A stretch of 36,524 bases of DNA. It comes from Pachysolen tannophilus NRRL Y-2460 (lineage: Eukaryota). The stretch lies in NCBI GenBank assembly GCA_001661245.1, contig KV454011.1, positions 248,001 through 284,524 on the forward strand, written 5' to 3'. Position numbers and translations under genes: made by a program. Shown in pieces: positions 20,854 through 32,399 of this stretch. Under the pieces are notes generated by a model, which saw nothing but the letters and a program-made list of their open reading frames with translations, had not been told where the DNA came from and did not search any database. Within the stretch, counting starts at the first letter, position 1; every line of letters begins with the position of its first letter.

Positions 20854-21897
20854 ATGTCACATAAAGAAGATGAAGATGAGTATATGAAGGCGTTGGAATT
20901 ACAGAGACGTGCTTTTGAGGCCCAGTTTGGTTCTATCGAAAGCTTGGGTTATAAGGATAAATCGAAAATTGGAGAAGATGAAGATGAAGATGAAGATGAG
21001 CAGAGCTTGATTCAGAGTGCTGACGAAGATGACGATGTTGACGATGATGATGACGATATAGAAGAAGAATATGATGAAGAAGAAGAAGAGTTTGACTCTT
21101 TATCTTCTCATGAAGGTGAATCTAGAAGGAAAATACCTACAAAGCATAAACAAATGGGACCTAAAGTTATAAAATTTTCAGATACTTCATCAAGCTATCA
21201 ACCACCAACGAAAAAAATGCGTAAACTTTTGGATAGTGGTAGAATTCCTACTCTACAAGAGCAGAGACTGAAAGAGAAACAAGTGTTGAAGCAACAACAG
21301 AAACAGTTTTCTAAAATCAAGGACAAGAATGATCAAGAAAATTTGAAAAACGATTTGGAATTACAAAGATTACTTAGTGAATCACATATCCTTTCACTGA
21401 GTAATAATAATACATTTTCAGGTGCTGAATTAACTTTAAAAACAATTGATTATGAAAATCCAATCGGGAAGGCAAGAGTTAGAACATTAAATTCTAGAAT
21501 TAAACAAGCTTCTGAAATAAATAGTACAAAACAAAAAAATTTAGAAAAAATGCCAATGGCAATGAGAAAAGGTTTAATTAATAAGACACAACAAAGAATC
21601 CTGAAATATGAACAAGATGCCAAAAATTCAGGAATAACATTGAGTAAAGTTTCCAAGGGTAAATTTAGAGATTTAAATAGTGGGAAAGGTTCAACTTCTA
21701 TAACAGATCGTATTGGTACAAGTTTAGGAAATTCTAAAAAATCAAAGTTTAGAGAAAGAGGTTTAAATGTTAGTAGCGCAGTTGGACGAAGTACAAGAAA
21801 TGGTTTAATTTTAAGCAAGTCTGATTTGGAGAAATTAACAAACAAGCCAAGGGGTGGAGGTTCAAATGGCAAGAAGAAAAATGGTGGAAGACGTTAA
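20854..21897 (+). CDS. FAF1: 40S assembly factor Faf1
   Basis: LELQRRAFEAQFGSIESLGY, GKARVRTL, LEKMPMAMRKG and RERGL..VGRSTRNGL. Confidence 0.93.
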   Translation: MSHKEDEDEYMKALELQRRAFEAQFGSIESLGYKDKSKIGEDEDEDEDEQSLIQSADEDDDVDDDDDDIEEEYDEEEEEFDSLSSHEGESRRKIPTKHKQMGPKVIKFSDTSSSYQPPTKKMRKLLDSGRIPTLQEQRLKEKQVLKQQQKQFSKIKDKNDQENLKNDLELQRLLSESHILSLSNNNTFSGAELTLKTIDYENPIGKARVRTLNSRIKQASEINSTKQKNLEKMPMAMRKGLINKTQQRILKYEQDAKNSGITLSKVSKGKFRDLNSGKGSTSITDRIGTSLGNSKKSKFRERGLNVSSAVGRSTRNGLILSKSDLEKLTNKPRGGGSNGKKKNGGRR

Positions 21898-21968
21898 AAA
21901 AAAAATAAAATAAATTTTTTATTAAAATGCATTTTAATTTATTAAGCAGTATATGATAGTATCTATAA

Positions 21969-24842
21969 TTAAAAATTCATTCTTTGCTCTCTTATTTTGT
22001 TAATTCTATCAATTAAACCCATTAATTCCATTCTCTCTGCAATTTTAATAGCAGCAACCAATGCATTATCTTCTTTCATCTCTTGACATAAACTCAAGGC
22101 CTTCATTGGATTACTCTCTCCACACGTTTTGGCAAACATTTGTAATAAAGATCTATCATAAAGGACACCATAGCCGACTAATCTTTCTTCAGCTTCACTT
22201 TGATCATCAAAGTCTGTATGTAATATGGTATCATTCAATAATTCACCCATCATTCGGGATCTCATGAATTTTTCTTCTGGATCATCATTATTATTTTCAT
22301 CTCCAGATTCACCATCGATAGTCTTTGTTAAGGATATAGGTAATTTAATATCAATTTCAGTAGGTAATGGCAATGGGAATGATGGGTATATATCGTTCAT
22401 GTTACCTCTGATTACAATACAATTATACTTGTCTTTGAATAACCCTAATGGCCATGTTTTCAAATCATTACCAACACCAATGGTTTTCACACCTGCTTCT
22501 GTGTCTAATATTGGAATCCATCGCGATTGCAAAGGATCTCTCCAACGTGAAAGTACCATGAGAGTATTATCTTGGGCTACCAAACATGGATCTCCATCTT
22601 GACTGAAAAACAAACCTTTTAGTAAATGATAATTTCTATTGGCAAATGAAGATGGAATTACAACAGGTAAAGTTGTGTCTTTTTGGAAAAATTTTCCATC
22701 TAAGTCTTGAACATTATAACTAAAGGAATTAGAATTGATGTTGTATGTGATTGTGAAAATGTATTTATCATTTGAAACACATGCAATTACCGGTAAAGTT
22801 TTTTCGATGCTCATTGCAACTCCAAAAAGACTAAATGTTCTAACTATACCAAAAGAAGTGCATACTACTATGATACTATTAGAAAGACCAATTGAGGTAA
22901 TGAACTCTCGGTTGTTTAGCATTGGTATATCTTTTTCCCAAATATCATTTACACTATCGTGTGGTCTAAACATTATTTTTGCAATGTTACCGCCAGCATT
23001 ATTCTTTTTCTTTGATCCAGCATTTGATACGCCACTAACAGCAAATAATATCCCATTTTCATTCATACTAGCCAAATCGTATTCGAACAAATCTTTAAAG
23101 TGATATTCTTTATGTAAGCTTCTATCAAAAAATGATACAGTAATAGTTGAATGAGATTGTTGTTTTACAGACCAAGCATATCCTACAGAATTCATAGTCA
23201 AATAACGTCTGTCTGTAAACCAAGGGGTTGATCCTGGGGAGTACGGTTTTAATTTATATTGGGTTGATAAGAGTGGTGGTGCTGAATGAGGAGCAGAACC
23301 AGAAGCACCGTTACTATAACCGTGATAACTTCTTTTTGATGAACGATAACGGTTATCAAAGTCATCATCATAACGTCTTTTCTCCGTATACCCTGCATTG
23401 TCGTCATCAATGACAAAATCGTCCTCTTTATCAAAGTTGTTGCTATCGCCTGCTCTTCTCAATAAAAGTTCATCTTGGTCGACGTCATCATCATCTTCCT
23501 CTTCTTCTTCTCTTCCTACTCCGTTGACATTGCCATTGCCATTGACACTATCATTAGCCATACCACCATTCCCATTCCTCTCGCTTTTGCCATTGTAGGA
23601 TTTTCCTATCAGCAGTGCTTCAATTTCCTCATCTTCATCATCATCTTCATCCAGCAGTTCATCTAAAAATAATTTCGAATTACCAGTTCCGGTGATATTA
23701 CCATTGGCACTGTTTGATAAGGATTCTGTAATTTTTTCAAATTTGATTATATTCCCATTAAATGTTCCAATTGTTATATCAAATTCTCCAATTTTTTCTA
23801 AATTTTTACCCCATGATAAATTTGTTAATTTTCCATCTTTACTATCAACTTTAAATTTTTTTAAATAATTTTTTTTATAAAAATCCCATATAATTAAGTT
23901 ATTATCTTGATCTAAAGAAGCTATAAATTTCCCATCATCTGGTGAGATTTTAAAATCGATTATTTTTGATTCGTGTTTACCAGTAAATGAAAATTCTTCT
24001 GTAACAAAATTATCACTTCTATTAAATACTTTAATTTCTCTTGTCTTTGTAGGGATCACCAAGAGATCTGTATTTGTAGGATGCCATTGACAATTTGTAG
24101 AAACTAATTGAGAGTTGCCATTATTATTATTTTTTTTATTATTATTAGTGGTAGTAGTAGTTCGACGATAAGAAGAAGAAGAATCTTGATTATCATCATC
24201 ATTGTTTTCTTCTTCACCGAGATCCATATCAAGATCAAGATCAAGATCGTTATCTTCTTCATCATCATCAAAGACTTTTTTCAGAATAACTTCTTTTAAA
24301 GTAGAAATCAATTCCGGTTTTGAAGAATTTAAAGAATAAATCAATACATTTCCATTAACCAAACTTATTGATAATAAATCATTAGAATTATTATATGCCA
24401 AATCATTAACTTGTTCTGGTAATGAAATTTTATTAACCTCTTTTGATAAAATATCAACAATAAGTAATTCTAAATCGTCACCACCAATTATCAGTAATGA
24501 AGAATTATGATTGAAAGAACAAGTTCGAAGAGGTAAAATACTTCTTGATAAAGTAGAGATTAACGCGTAATTATCTTCTTTCTTCAAAGAATACAAAGTA
24601 CATTCCCCTTCTTTAGAAGTAATGATTATCTTATCTTCTTTTGAATCCAAACTTAATGAAGTTAAATTCTCATTAATATCAATAATAGTTGGTTCTTTAT
24701 CCAAATGTCTTAGATCAAATATTTTCAACAACCCATCTTTACCAGCAACAAGTAATAAATTCTTCTTATTAGAATACTTGACAATGGTCTTACAACCAGA
24801 TGAAAACACCAACTGCAGCTGTCCAACATCCACCGTCATCAT
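21969..24842 (-). CDS. CTF4: Replisome adaptor Ctf4/Mcl1 (WD40 + SepB)
   Basis: N-terminal WD40 repeats; PYSPGSTPW..RRYLTMNSVG, TITVSFFD..HKEYHFKD, GDPC and LSRWR...WIPILD. Confidence 0.95.
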   Translation of the reverse strand: MMTVDVGQLQLVFSSGCKTIVKYSNKKNLLLVAGKDGLLKIFDLRHLDKEPTIIDINENLTSLSLDSKEDKIIITSKEGECTLYSLKKEDNYALISTLSRSILPLRTCSFNHNSSLLIIGGDDLELLIVDILSKEVNKISLPEQVNDLAYNNSNDLLSISLVNGNVLIYSLNSSKPELISTLKEVILKKVFDDDEEDNDLDLDLDMDLGEEENNDDDNQDSSSSYRRTTTTTNNNKKNNNNGNSQLVSTNCQWHPTNTDLLVIPTKTREIKVFNRSDNFVTEEFSFTGKHESKIIDFKISPDDGKFIASLDQDNNLIIWDFYKKNYLKKFKVDSKDGKLTNLSWGKNLEKIGEFDITIGTFNGNIIKFEKITESLSNSANGNITGTGNSKLFLDELLDEDDDEDEEIEALLIGKSYNGKSERNGNGGMANDSVNGNGNVNGVGREEEEEDDDDVDQDELLLRRAGDSNNFDKEDDFVIDDDNAGYTEKRRYDDDFDNRYRSSKRSYHGYSNGASGSAPHSAPPLLSTQYKLKPYSPGSTPWFTDRRYLTMNSVGYAWSVKQQSHSTITVSFFDRSLHKEYHFKDLFEYDLASMNENGILFAVSGVSNAGSKKKNNAGGNIAKIMFRPHDSVNDIWEKDIPMLNNREFITSIGLSNSIIVVCTSFGIVRTFSLFGVAMSIEKTLPVIACVSNDKYIFTITYNINSNSFSYNVQDLDGKFFQKDTTLPVVIPSSFANRNYHLLKGLFFSQDGDPCLVAQDNTLMVLSRWRDPLQSRWIPILDTEAGVKTIGVGNDLKTWPLGLFKDKYNCIVIRGNMNDIYPSFPLPLPTEIDIKLPISLTKTIDGESGDENNNDDPEEKFMRSRMMGELLNDTILHTDFDDQSEAEERLVGYGVLYDRSLLQMFAKTCGESNPMKALSLCQEMKEDNALVAAIKIAERMELMGLIDRINKIREQRMNF

Positions 24843-24901
24843 AGACAAGGATCTTAATCTACCTCAAATTATCTTTCAAAAGATAGATTCTATTCAAAAC
24901 A

Positions 24902-24907
24902 ACGCGT
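24902..24907. promoter_or_regulatory. MCB box ACGCGT upstream of CTF4
   Basis: MluI element ~60 bp upstream of a DNA-replication gene. Confidence 0.55.
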
Positions 24908-25100
24908 CTTTTTTTTTTTTTTATTTTACTTTATATAAAGAAAATAAATATATATTTTAATTTTATTTTTTTTTAAATACGAAAAGATTACTTTTAAAAT
25001 GAAAAATTAAAAAAAAAAACAAAATTTGAAATTTTTTTATTTTTAATTTATTTTTCCTTTCTTTATTTCAATTAGAATTAAAGTAAATTGAAAAGAATTT

Positions 25101-25897
25101 ATGTCTGATTTAATGAATGAATCTGTTTCTCTTGGGTTTGAAGAAGATGATGGAGGAGAAGAAGTTGAAGTAGATGAAAATTTCCCATATCCTTTAAAGA
25201 TAACGAGGTACTCGTTTAGCGACAAGATATCGAAATATTTAAATGATACTGGGAAACGATATGATGAAGATGAGTTTAAGATGGATGATTTTTTATATGA
25301 GAACTATAGATTTATATCACTTTCTGATTTATCTAATGATTTGACTAGTTTACTTAAAGAGTTGGATGATGAATTGATAACGTTAATAAATAATGATTAT
25401 AATGAATTTATTAATTTGGGGAAAAGTGTTGAAGGTTCAATTGATATTATAAATAATATTAAAGTTGATTTAAATAATTATTATTTAAGATTGATTAATT
25501 CTTCAAAAGATTTAAATCGAACAAGTGAAGATTTAAATAATATATTAGAATATAAAAAAAATTAAATAATATTAAAAAAATTTCTAAAAATTTAATATTA
25601 ATAGATAAACAATGTTCAATTTTTGAAAAATTAATAAAAGAAGCTAAAAATGATATTAATATAAATAAATTAATAGGATTATATTTATCAATAAATAAAA
25701 ATTTAAAAGTAACTTGTATATTTTTATTGGAAAATAATATTAAAGAAAGTGAAATAGAATTTTTAAAAATATTAAAAGATCAACTGAATATTCTTAGATT
25801 TGAATTTAAAAGTTATTTGGAACAAGAAGATATTATTAGTAATGGTAATGATAAGTTAACTGCTAATTTCTTTAAGAAATATTTATTTAATGATTGA
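25101..25897 (+). CDS. COG2: COG complex subunit Cog2 (frameshift in A8 run 25554-25561)
   Basis: DDFLYENYRFISL..L..DL and ELITLINNDYNEFINLGKS. One added A opens the frame to TGA 25895-25897 (~265 aa, yeast-like size). Confidence 0.8.
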
Positions 25898-26055
25898 TTA
25901 CAAAAAGTATCTTTTATATATATGTATATGTATATGTGCAGTAGTAAACCGTCGGTTTATTTGATCCAAAATAATATATAAATTTAGGTATAAATTCCTA
26001 TATAAATTTCATTTTCATTTTTTATATATATATATAAAAAAACAGTTTAATAAAA

Positions 26056-27063
26056 ATGGTTGATGGATATCAAAAGAGAATTCCAATTTGGTTAGATTGT
26101 GATCCTGGACATGATGATGCTATTGCAATTATTTTGGCTGCATGTAGTCCCAAATATCAATTAATTGGTATATCAACAGTTCATGGTAATGCATCATTAG
26201 AAAAAACTACATATAATGCATTATCTGTACTTACAAGTATAGGTAAAGAAAATGAAATACCAGTTTATAAAGGTTCATCAAAACCATTAATTAGAGAACC
26301 ATCATATGCTCCAAATATTCATGGAGAATCTGGATTAGAAGGTTCAAATTTATTACCTAAACCTAAAGTTAAAGCATATGAAAATGGTTATATAGAAGCA
26401 ATTTATAAAGCTATATTAGATTATAAAGATGAATTAGCATTAGTTGCAACAGGAACATTAACAAATATTGCAAAAATTTTCATTAAATATCCTCAACTGA
26501 AATTTTTTTTAAAAAAATTATCAATAATGGGAGGAGGTATTAATGTTTTTAATTGGAGTTTAAATTCAGAATTTAATATTTGGTGTGATCCAGAAGCTGC
26601 AAATATAATTTTTAAAGATTTTATTTTAAATGAAAAGACAATTTTAATACCACTTGATTTAACACATAAAGCAATTGCAACAATTGAAATTGAAAAAAAA
26701 ATTTTAAGTAATTCAATAACAAATTTTAGACAATTACTTTATGATTTAATTATTTTTTTCAAAAAAACTTATATTGAACAACAAGGTTTTATAAAAGGTC
26801 CACCTGTACATGATCCATTAGCGGTAGCTGTATTATTACCATTTTATAATCTTGAATATGAAAATTATCCTTTAGAATTTAAATTTAATACTTATAAATT
26901 ACAAATAATTGAAAATGGTCCAGAAAGTGGTAAATTAATAATTCTTGATAATAATTTCCAAAATGGTATTAAAGTAGGTTATGATATGAATATTAATAAT
27001 TTTTGGAATATAGTACTTGAAACAATTCAAATAGCTGATAAGACTGCAGCAGTAAATAAATAA
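26056..27063 (+). CDS. URH1: Inosine/uridine-preferring nucleoside hydrolase
   Basis: IWLDCDPGHDDAIAI, STVHGNA, IMGGG, EFNIWCDPEAA and GPPVHDPLAV. Confidence 0.93.
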   Translation: MVDGYQKRIPIWLDCDPGHDDAIAIILAACSPKYQLIGISTVHGNASLEKTTYNALSVLTSIGKENEIPVYKGSSKPLIREPSYAPNIHGESGLEGSNLLPKPKVKAYENGYIEAIYKAILDYKDELALVATGTLTNIAKIFIKYPQLKFFLKKLSIMGGGINVFNWSLNSEFNIWCDPEAANIIFKDFILNEKTILIPLDLTHKAIATIEIEKKILSNSITNFRQLLYDLIIFFKKTYIEQQGFIKGPPVHDPLAVAVLLPFYNLEYENYPLEFKFNTYKLQIIENGPESGKLIILDNNFQNGIKVGYDMNINNFWNIVLETIQIADKTAAVNK

Positions 27064-27713
27064 ATATATAAAAAATGAGTCATAAATAAATGTATTTAAT
27101 TTTACCCTGCTTGTTGTAAAGACAACTTTTAAGTATTTTTTGGGCGGGAATAGTTTGGCCAGTGGACGGTGCACGGGGTCTAGTGCACGGCGGCCAGTGC
27201 GCCAGTGGCCCCCTCTCTTCCTCCTCTCTTTCTTTCTTTTTTACTTTTTCATTTTTTTCAACCTTATTGGCCCTATTGACAATGCGCGCTACGTTTGCCG
27301 CCAACTTTTTTCTGCCGCTTACTGTGCTGCCGCTGACGTCGCCGTTGAAGTCGCCGTTCTTTTTACTTTCACTTTCACTTAATTCTTCCGCTGAATTATA
27401 AAACGATTTAATTTAATTTATTATTTTTGCCCCGCCACCGGCGTAAATAACAGAATTTTCAGCGTATTTGCGCGAATTTTTGTTAAAAAATTTTTTTTTT
27501 NTTTTTTTTTTTTTGGTTTTCGAAATTTTAAAATTTTTTTATATAAGCAGGAAATCTCCCAAAAAGTTTATAATTACTTATTATATTTTATATACTTTAT
27601 TAAATATTAACAAACAACAAGAAATTATTATTTATTACTTATTACTTTTATTTTTAAATTTTATTTTTATTTTTGTGTGTGTTTTATAAAGAATAGTTTA
27701 AAAGTGTTAAAAA

Positions 27714-27958
27714 ATGTGTTGTTAAATATTTTTATTTCTCATCTAAGTTACATTTTTTTTTCGTTTGTTTTATCATTAACCGAAAAAAATAATTAGAATA
27801 AGTATTTTTTTTTTTAAAAAAAAAGAAAAAGAAAAGAAAAAATTAAAAACTTTTTCAAATTAAATCTTACCCATCATGTTGTTGTCGTAATATTCAATTA
27901 TTTCAAAGTTAAAATTCCGTCCAAGATGACGTCAATCATATTGTTATTGTGTGTTTAA
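27714..27958 (+). promoter_or_regulatory. Three upstream ORFs in the GCN4 leader: MCC* (27714-27725), MLLS* (27876-27890), MTSIILLLCV* (27926-27958)
   Basis: The only ATGs I find in ~480 nt upstream of the GCN4 start. uORF1 resembles S. cerevisiae uORF1 (MAC*). Confidence 0.8.
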
Positions 27959-28029
27959 TTAATCTATTATTGTTTAAAAATTTATCAAGAAAAATATATA
28001 TATAAAAAAAAGAATCGTTATTAAGAATC

Positions 28030-29082
28030 ATGTCAGCTGTTGCCGCTAATTCTTTATCTTTTGACCCTAGCTCATTGCTTGAGCCAGGGTCCCTTTTTGA
28101 TGCTGATCAACAAGATCAGCATGTTAGTTTGAACTCAAACTCTAGTGCTCCTTTAATCTTGGGTGAGTCGGTGTTTGATATCTTACACCACAGGCAAGTT
28201 GGTGGTGGTAAATCGGAATTTGGTAGTTTGCCATATACCGATTCTGATGCAACATCTGGTTCTGTCTCTGGCTCTGGTTCTCGCGCTAGCTCTGTTTCTA
28301 CTTCTGGTTCTGTTTCAGGTTCTACTTCTGGTTCACATACTATTTCACCAATGGAAATTCATTTATCGTTGATGAATTCGGTATTCCATCCAGATGGATC
28401 GTTTGATGACTCTCCGATGTTTACCACTGCAGAAGATGATTCGAGGAACTGGGTATCGTTGTTTGAACAATCGGAACAAGTTGAACAAACTGAACCGGCT
28501 GAACAAGCTGAAGAGCTGCGTAACGATAACGCTCCTCGCTCAGAACCTTCTCCAGTTCCAGCAAATGAGTCTTATACCAACTCTAGAAAGCGTTCTTACA
28601 ATGAATCTGAGAATGGTGAGCAACAACAAGTGCAAGAGCATCAACAAGTACAAGAGTATCAAACTCTTGCTCGTGATGCAGCTCGTGCTATTGTTACTCC
28701 AGAGTTGACTCCTTTAATGGGTGGTGATTTGGAGCTTTCTTCTAGATCAAACTCTTGTTCTGCTTCAATGTCAAGTGCTACTTTTTCAAAACGTCGCCAA
28801 GACTCTTCTAGTTCTCTTGTTTCTCTTGAAAATGAAAAAAGAGACCATTTGGGTGTTGTAAGTTACCATAAAAAACAACGTTGTGCTCCATTAACTCCTG
28901 TTTTCACTGACTCGGATGATCCAGTTGCTGTTAAAAGAGCTAGAAACACCGAGGCTGCAAGAAGATCGCGTGCAAGAAAAATGGAAAGAATGAGTCAATT
29001 GGAAGATAGAGTTGAACAATTGTTACAGAGAAATGGAGAATTGGAGGATGAAGTTCGTAGACTTCGTGCTTTATTAAGTTAA
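28030..29082 (+). CDS. GCN4: bZIP transcriptional activator Gcn4
   Basis: DPVAVKRARNTEAARRSRARKMERMSQLEDRVEQLL; activation motifs DSPMF and WVSLF. Confidence 0.97.
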   Translation: MSAVAANSLSFDPSSLLEPGSLFDADQQDQHVSLNSNSSAPLILGESVFDILHHRQVGGGKSEFGSLPYTDSDATSGSVSGSGSRASSVSTSGSVSGSTSGSHTISPMEIHLSLMNSVFHPDGSFDDSPMFTTAEDDSRNWVSLFEQSEQVEQTEPAEQAEELRNDNAPRSEPSPVPANESYTNSRKRSYNESENGEQQQVQEHQQVQEYQTLARDAARAIVTPELTPLMGGDLELSSRSNSCSASMSSATFSKRRQDSSSSLVSLENEKRDHLGVVSYHKKQRCAPLTPVFTDSDDPVAVKRARNTEAARRSRARKMERMSQLEDRVEQLLQRNGELEDEVRRLRALLS

Positions 29083-29364
29083 AGTGTTTTTTTTTTAAAA
29101 ATTTTTAATTTTTTAATTTTTTCTAAATTTTTTATAACTTTTTGAAGTAGAATTACAAAGTATATTAGTTAACTTTTTTTATTATTATTAATCAATGATT
29201 AAATAAATTATTTTAAAAAATTTATATATAAAAATAGGTTTTTTAAATGAAGTAGTTTACAGTATTAGTTTTTTTTTAGTATTAGTAATATGTTTTTCTA
29301 TAATTTGTCGAAAAAAATATTAGAAAAAAAAATTTTTTTAACCAGGACTTTGCATTTAAGTAAA

Positions 29365-29437
29365 TGCGTGAACCGGGATTCGAACCCGAGTCCCCAGCTT
29401 GGAAGGCTAGAATGCTAAACCACTACACTATTCACGC
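29365..29437 (-). tRNA. tRNA-Gly (anticodon TCC), no intron
   Basis: Cloverleaf with acceptor GCGTGAA/TTCACGC, anticodon arm CTAGC-CTTCCAA-GCTGG and T arm TCGGG-TTCGAAT-CCCGG. Confidence 0.97.
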
Positions 29438-29810
29438 GGTTAAGGCAGGAAAGTTGGACTCCCAATTCACTGAAAACTAAATGAGAAATAATGTTTTTTT
29501 TTTATCTTTAATTAATTAGATATACATAATTTAGTTAGTTATTATTTCCACTTTTAAATAATAATTATTGATTGTATGTAGCATTTATATATATTTATTT
29601 GAATATTATTTAAAAAACGAAAAACAACACGCAAAAAAAAAAAAAAAAAAAAATATATAAGAATGGAGAAAATTTGATGATAAGGACGCAAAACTACTAC
29701 TAAAATTGATTTATTATTCATCTTCAAACTTTTTTTTTTTTTTTTCTTTTTTTTTTTTGTATTTTAGAAGTTAATAAAATGATCTCCACCAATTAATAAC
29801 TTAAATAAAC

Positions 29811-31454
29811 TTATAATTTAGTTTTAAATTGTTCTTCAGTAACACCTGCACCCATGGCAGCAGTGGAACTAGCACCACCACTAACCATCTTTAATAAATC
29901 GTCAATATACTCTGCACCTGACCATTTTTGATGCTTAACAACTTCAACTTTATTATCCATTTCTGGTTGTTGTATAGTTTGACCATAAGCTTTCATTCCA
30001 CTTTCACTATATTGTCTAGCAAAATTATCAACAGCTAATGCAGTTGTATGTAAACCAGCCAATGTAATAAATTGCCAAATATAACCCAATTTACTTAATC
30101 TCTTTATATATGTTTCTTGTTCTTCTGCAGATAATGCCAGGTTCCAATTAAAAGATGGTGATAAATTATAAGCTAACCATTGATCTGGATATTTTGATTT
30201 AACACCTTCCGCAAATTCTTTTGCTTGTTGATAATCTGGTAATTTAGATTCCATCCAAATTAAATCTGCATATGGAGCAAAAGATCTTCCACGATTAACA
30301 GCACATTGAGTACCTCCAAGATAACGATAATAACCTTCTCTAACTCTTGGAGCTTCCCAATCAAAATAAATATCTTTACCTAATAATTCACGAGCAATTT
30401 TTCTTGCTTCTTTATTTGAATGATTACTTACTGGAGTAACAATTGAAGTAAATTTTTTAATTAATTCTTGTTTATTAGAATATGAACCCAGTTTAATTTC
30501 ATCAATAACTGCTTCATGAAATAATTTTAAACCAGCTTTTTTAACCCAATTTTCTTCAATTTGTTGTAAAACATCACCATTAGCTCCACGAGCTTCAGCT
30601 TCTCTTGTAACATCAATCAAAGGTTCAACATTTGGATTTGTTGATCCAACAACAAAATAATGATCTCTATGATCAATAGTACTTGTAATTAAAGTTGCAG
30701 CTTCTGAATCAGTTCTAGCAACACAAATTAAATCAGTACCCATAATATCTGCACAAGCTCTAATTGCAATCAATCTATTAATATGTTCTTGAATTGGAAC
30801 CAAGACTTTACCAGCCATATGTCCACATTTTTTAGTACCTGGAGCTTGATCTTCAATATGAATACCTGCAGCACCTCTTTCAATAAACATTTTAGTTAAT
30901 TTTAAAATAGCAGTAATACCACCATGACCAGTATCAGCATCTGCAACAATTGGTCTAAAAAAATCAGTATAAGGTATTTTTTTTCTTTCAGAAACTGGTA
31001 ATTTCAATCTACTTTCTCTTTGTTTTTTATCATGGAAAACTTGAGCAGAAAATAAATGATCAACTTTTCTTGGTACAGTATCCATTGGATAATCAGCTAA
31101 ATCAGGACCAGGTTCATTTGATGATGAAGCAGTTGAAGAACATTGCCAACCAGAAACATAAATTGTATCCAAATATTTTGCCATTTGAGTAATATGTATT
31201 GGATCTAAAGCTCCAAATGTAAAAGAAGCACTTTTATTTCTATCATGTTCTTCTAATAATTTAAATAATTTTTTGGACATAATATTTGATGGAAATTCAA
31301 ATTGAACAGAACCTCTTTTTTCTGCAATATCCCTTGCAGTATAAATTCTTCTAGTCTTTCTCCATCTTGGTTGAGACCACCATTCTTCTATTTCTCTAAT
31401 TTGATTTTCGAAATAATCTTCCTCGGCAACAGTATCAATCTTTGTAAATGGCAT
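29811..31454 (-). CDS. ICL1: Isocitrate lyase
   Basis: KKCGHMAGK active-site motif, [22 protein letters not shown] and [10 protein letters not shown]. Confidence 0.98.
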   Translation of the reverse strand: MPFTKIDTVAEEDYFENQIREIEEWWSQPRWRKTRRIYTARDIAEKRGSVQFEFPSNIMSKKLFKLLEEHDRNKSASFTFGALDPIHITQMAKYLDTIYVSGWQCSSTASSSNEPGPDLADYPMDTVPRKVDHLFSAQVFHDKKQRESRLKLPVSERKKIPYTDFFRPIVADADTGHGGITAILKLTKMFIERGAAGIHIEDQAPGTKKCGHMAGKVLVPIQEHINRLIAIRACADIMGTDLICVARTDSEAATLITSTIDHRDHYFVVGSTNPNVEPLIDVTREAEARGANGDVLQQIEENWVKKAGLKLFHEAVIDEIKLGSYSNKQELIKKFTSIVTPVSNHSNKEARKIARELLGKDIYFDWEAPRVREGYYRYLGGTQCAVNRGRSFAPYADLIWMESKLPDYQQAKEFAEGVKSKYPDQWLAYNLSPSFNWNLALSAEEQETYIKRLSKLGYIWQFITLAGLHTTALAVDNFARQYSESGMKAYGQTIQQPEMDNKVEVVKHQKWSGAEYIDDLLKMVSGGASSTAAMGAGVTEEQFKTKL

Positions 31455-31826
31455 ATTGAATCAAATAATTATATAAATATTTATATAGTTTATCAAAAAT
31501 AAATATAATTAAATAAATATATAAAATAAAAAATGAAAAAAAAAAATAAAAAAAACTAAAAGAGGATTAAAGACAACTTATATATTTATATATTGATAAT
31601 TATACCCGGCTGTTTAAATATTAATATATATATATATGTATATATAATAATAATATTATTATTAATTTATAATTTATTACTTTTACAACATTTCCCTTTA
31701 TACATTAAATGAATTTATATACTTCCAAGTAGGATGAAAGGCTATCCAAATAAGTCGTTTGTACGGAACAATAGCAAGAATTTATTAAAAAAATTATAAA
31801 AAATTGATCAATTGTTCAAGTGTAGC

Positions 31827-31871
31827 CGGGATAAAGGGTAAATTTTTAAAGTTTTCTTCTGATTACCCCAG
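31827..31871. promoter_or_regulatory. CSRE-like CGGGATAAAGG (31827-31837) and Mig1-like AAATCTGGGG (minus strand, core 31866-31871) upstream of ICL1
   Basis: Fit CGGnnnAAnGG and AT-flanked SYGGGG; expected for a gluconeogenic gene. Confidence 0.45.
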
Positions 31872-32399
31872 ATTTCATGGTTCAATGGAGCAAAAAAAAA
31901 AAAAGTAGAAAATCAGGCGCGGGTCATGCATAAATTATGATCTCATCGAGAATCAAAAGACCGGAAATAATAACAAAAAAAAAGTATAAAGGTAGTGCAG
32001 CAAATGCAAAGTAATAGTTAGGAAAAGTAAGAAAAAAGTAAGAAAAAATGTGCACTTATTGTACGCAGCAGCAGTAAACTTATTAAGTGCGTTCCAAATT
32101 TCTCTCTTTAAATGTTGCGTTATCTCTATATGCGTTATCACTCAAAATGTATGTTTTCTTTATTTTCTTTTCTTTTTGGTCCTCGTTACACAAAGACAAA
32201 ATGAATAGATTTTTTTTTTTTCAACTTCTCTTATATCTCTTTACCTTCTCTAATGAATAGTGTTTATGTCTACGAGTAGTAATTCTTTTTCGTTTTATTC
32301 TTTTTTGGTGACTTCAAGTAGTGTCTATATCATCTATACTCTTCAACAATCTACATCTCTAATCACTTTGTTTTTCAAAAAAAAAAAAAAATTCTTTAA

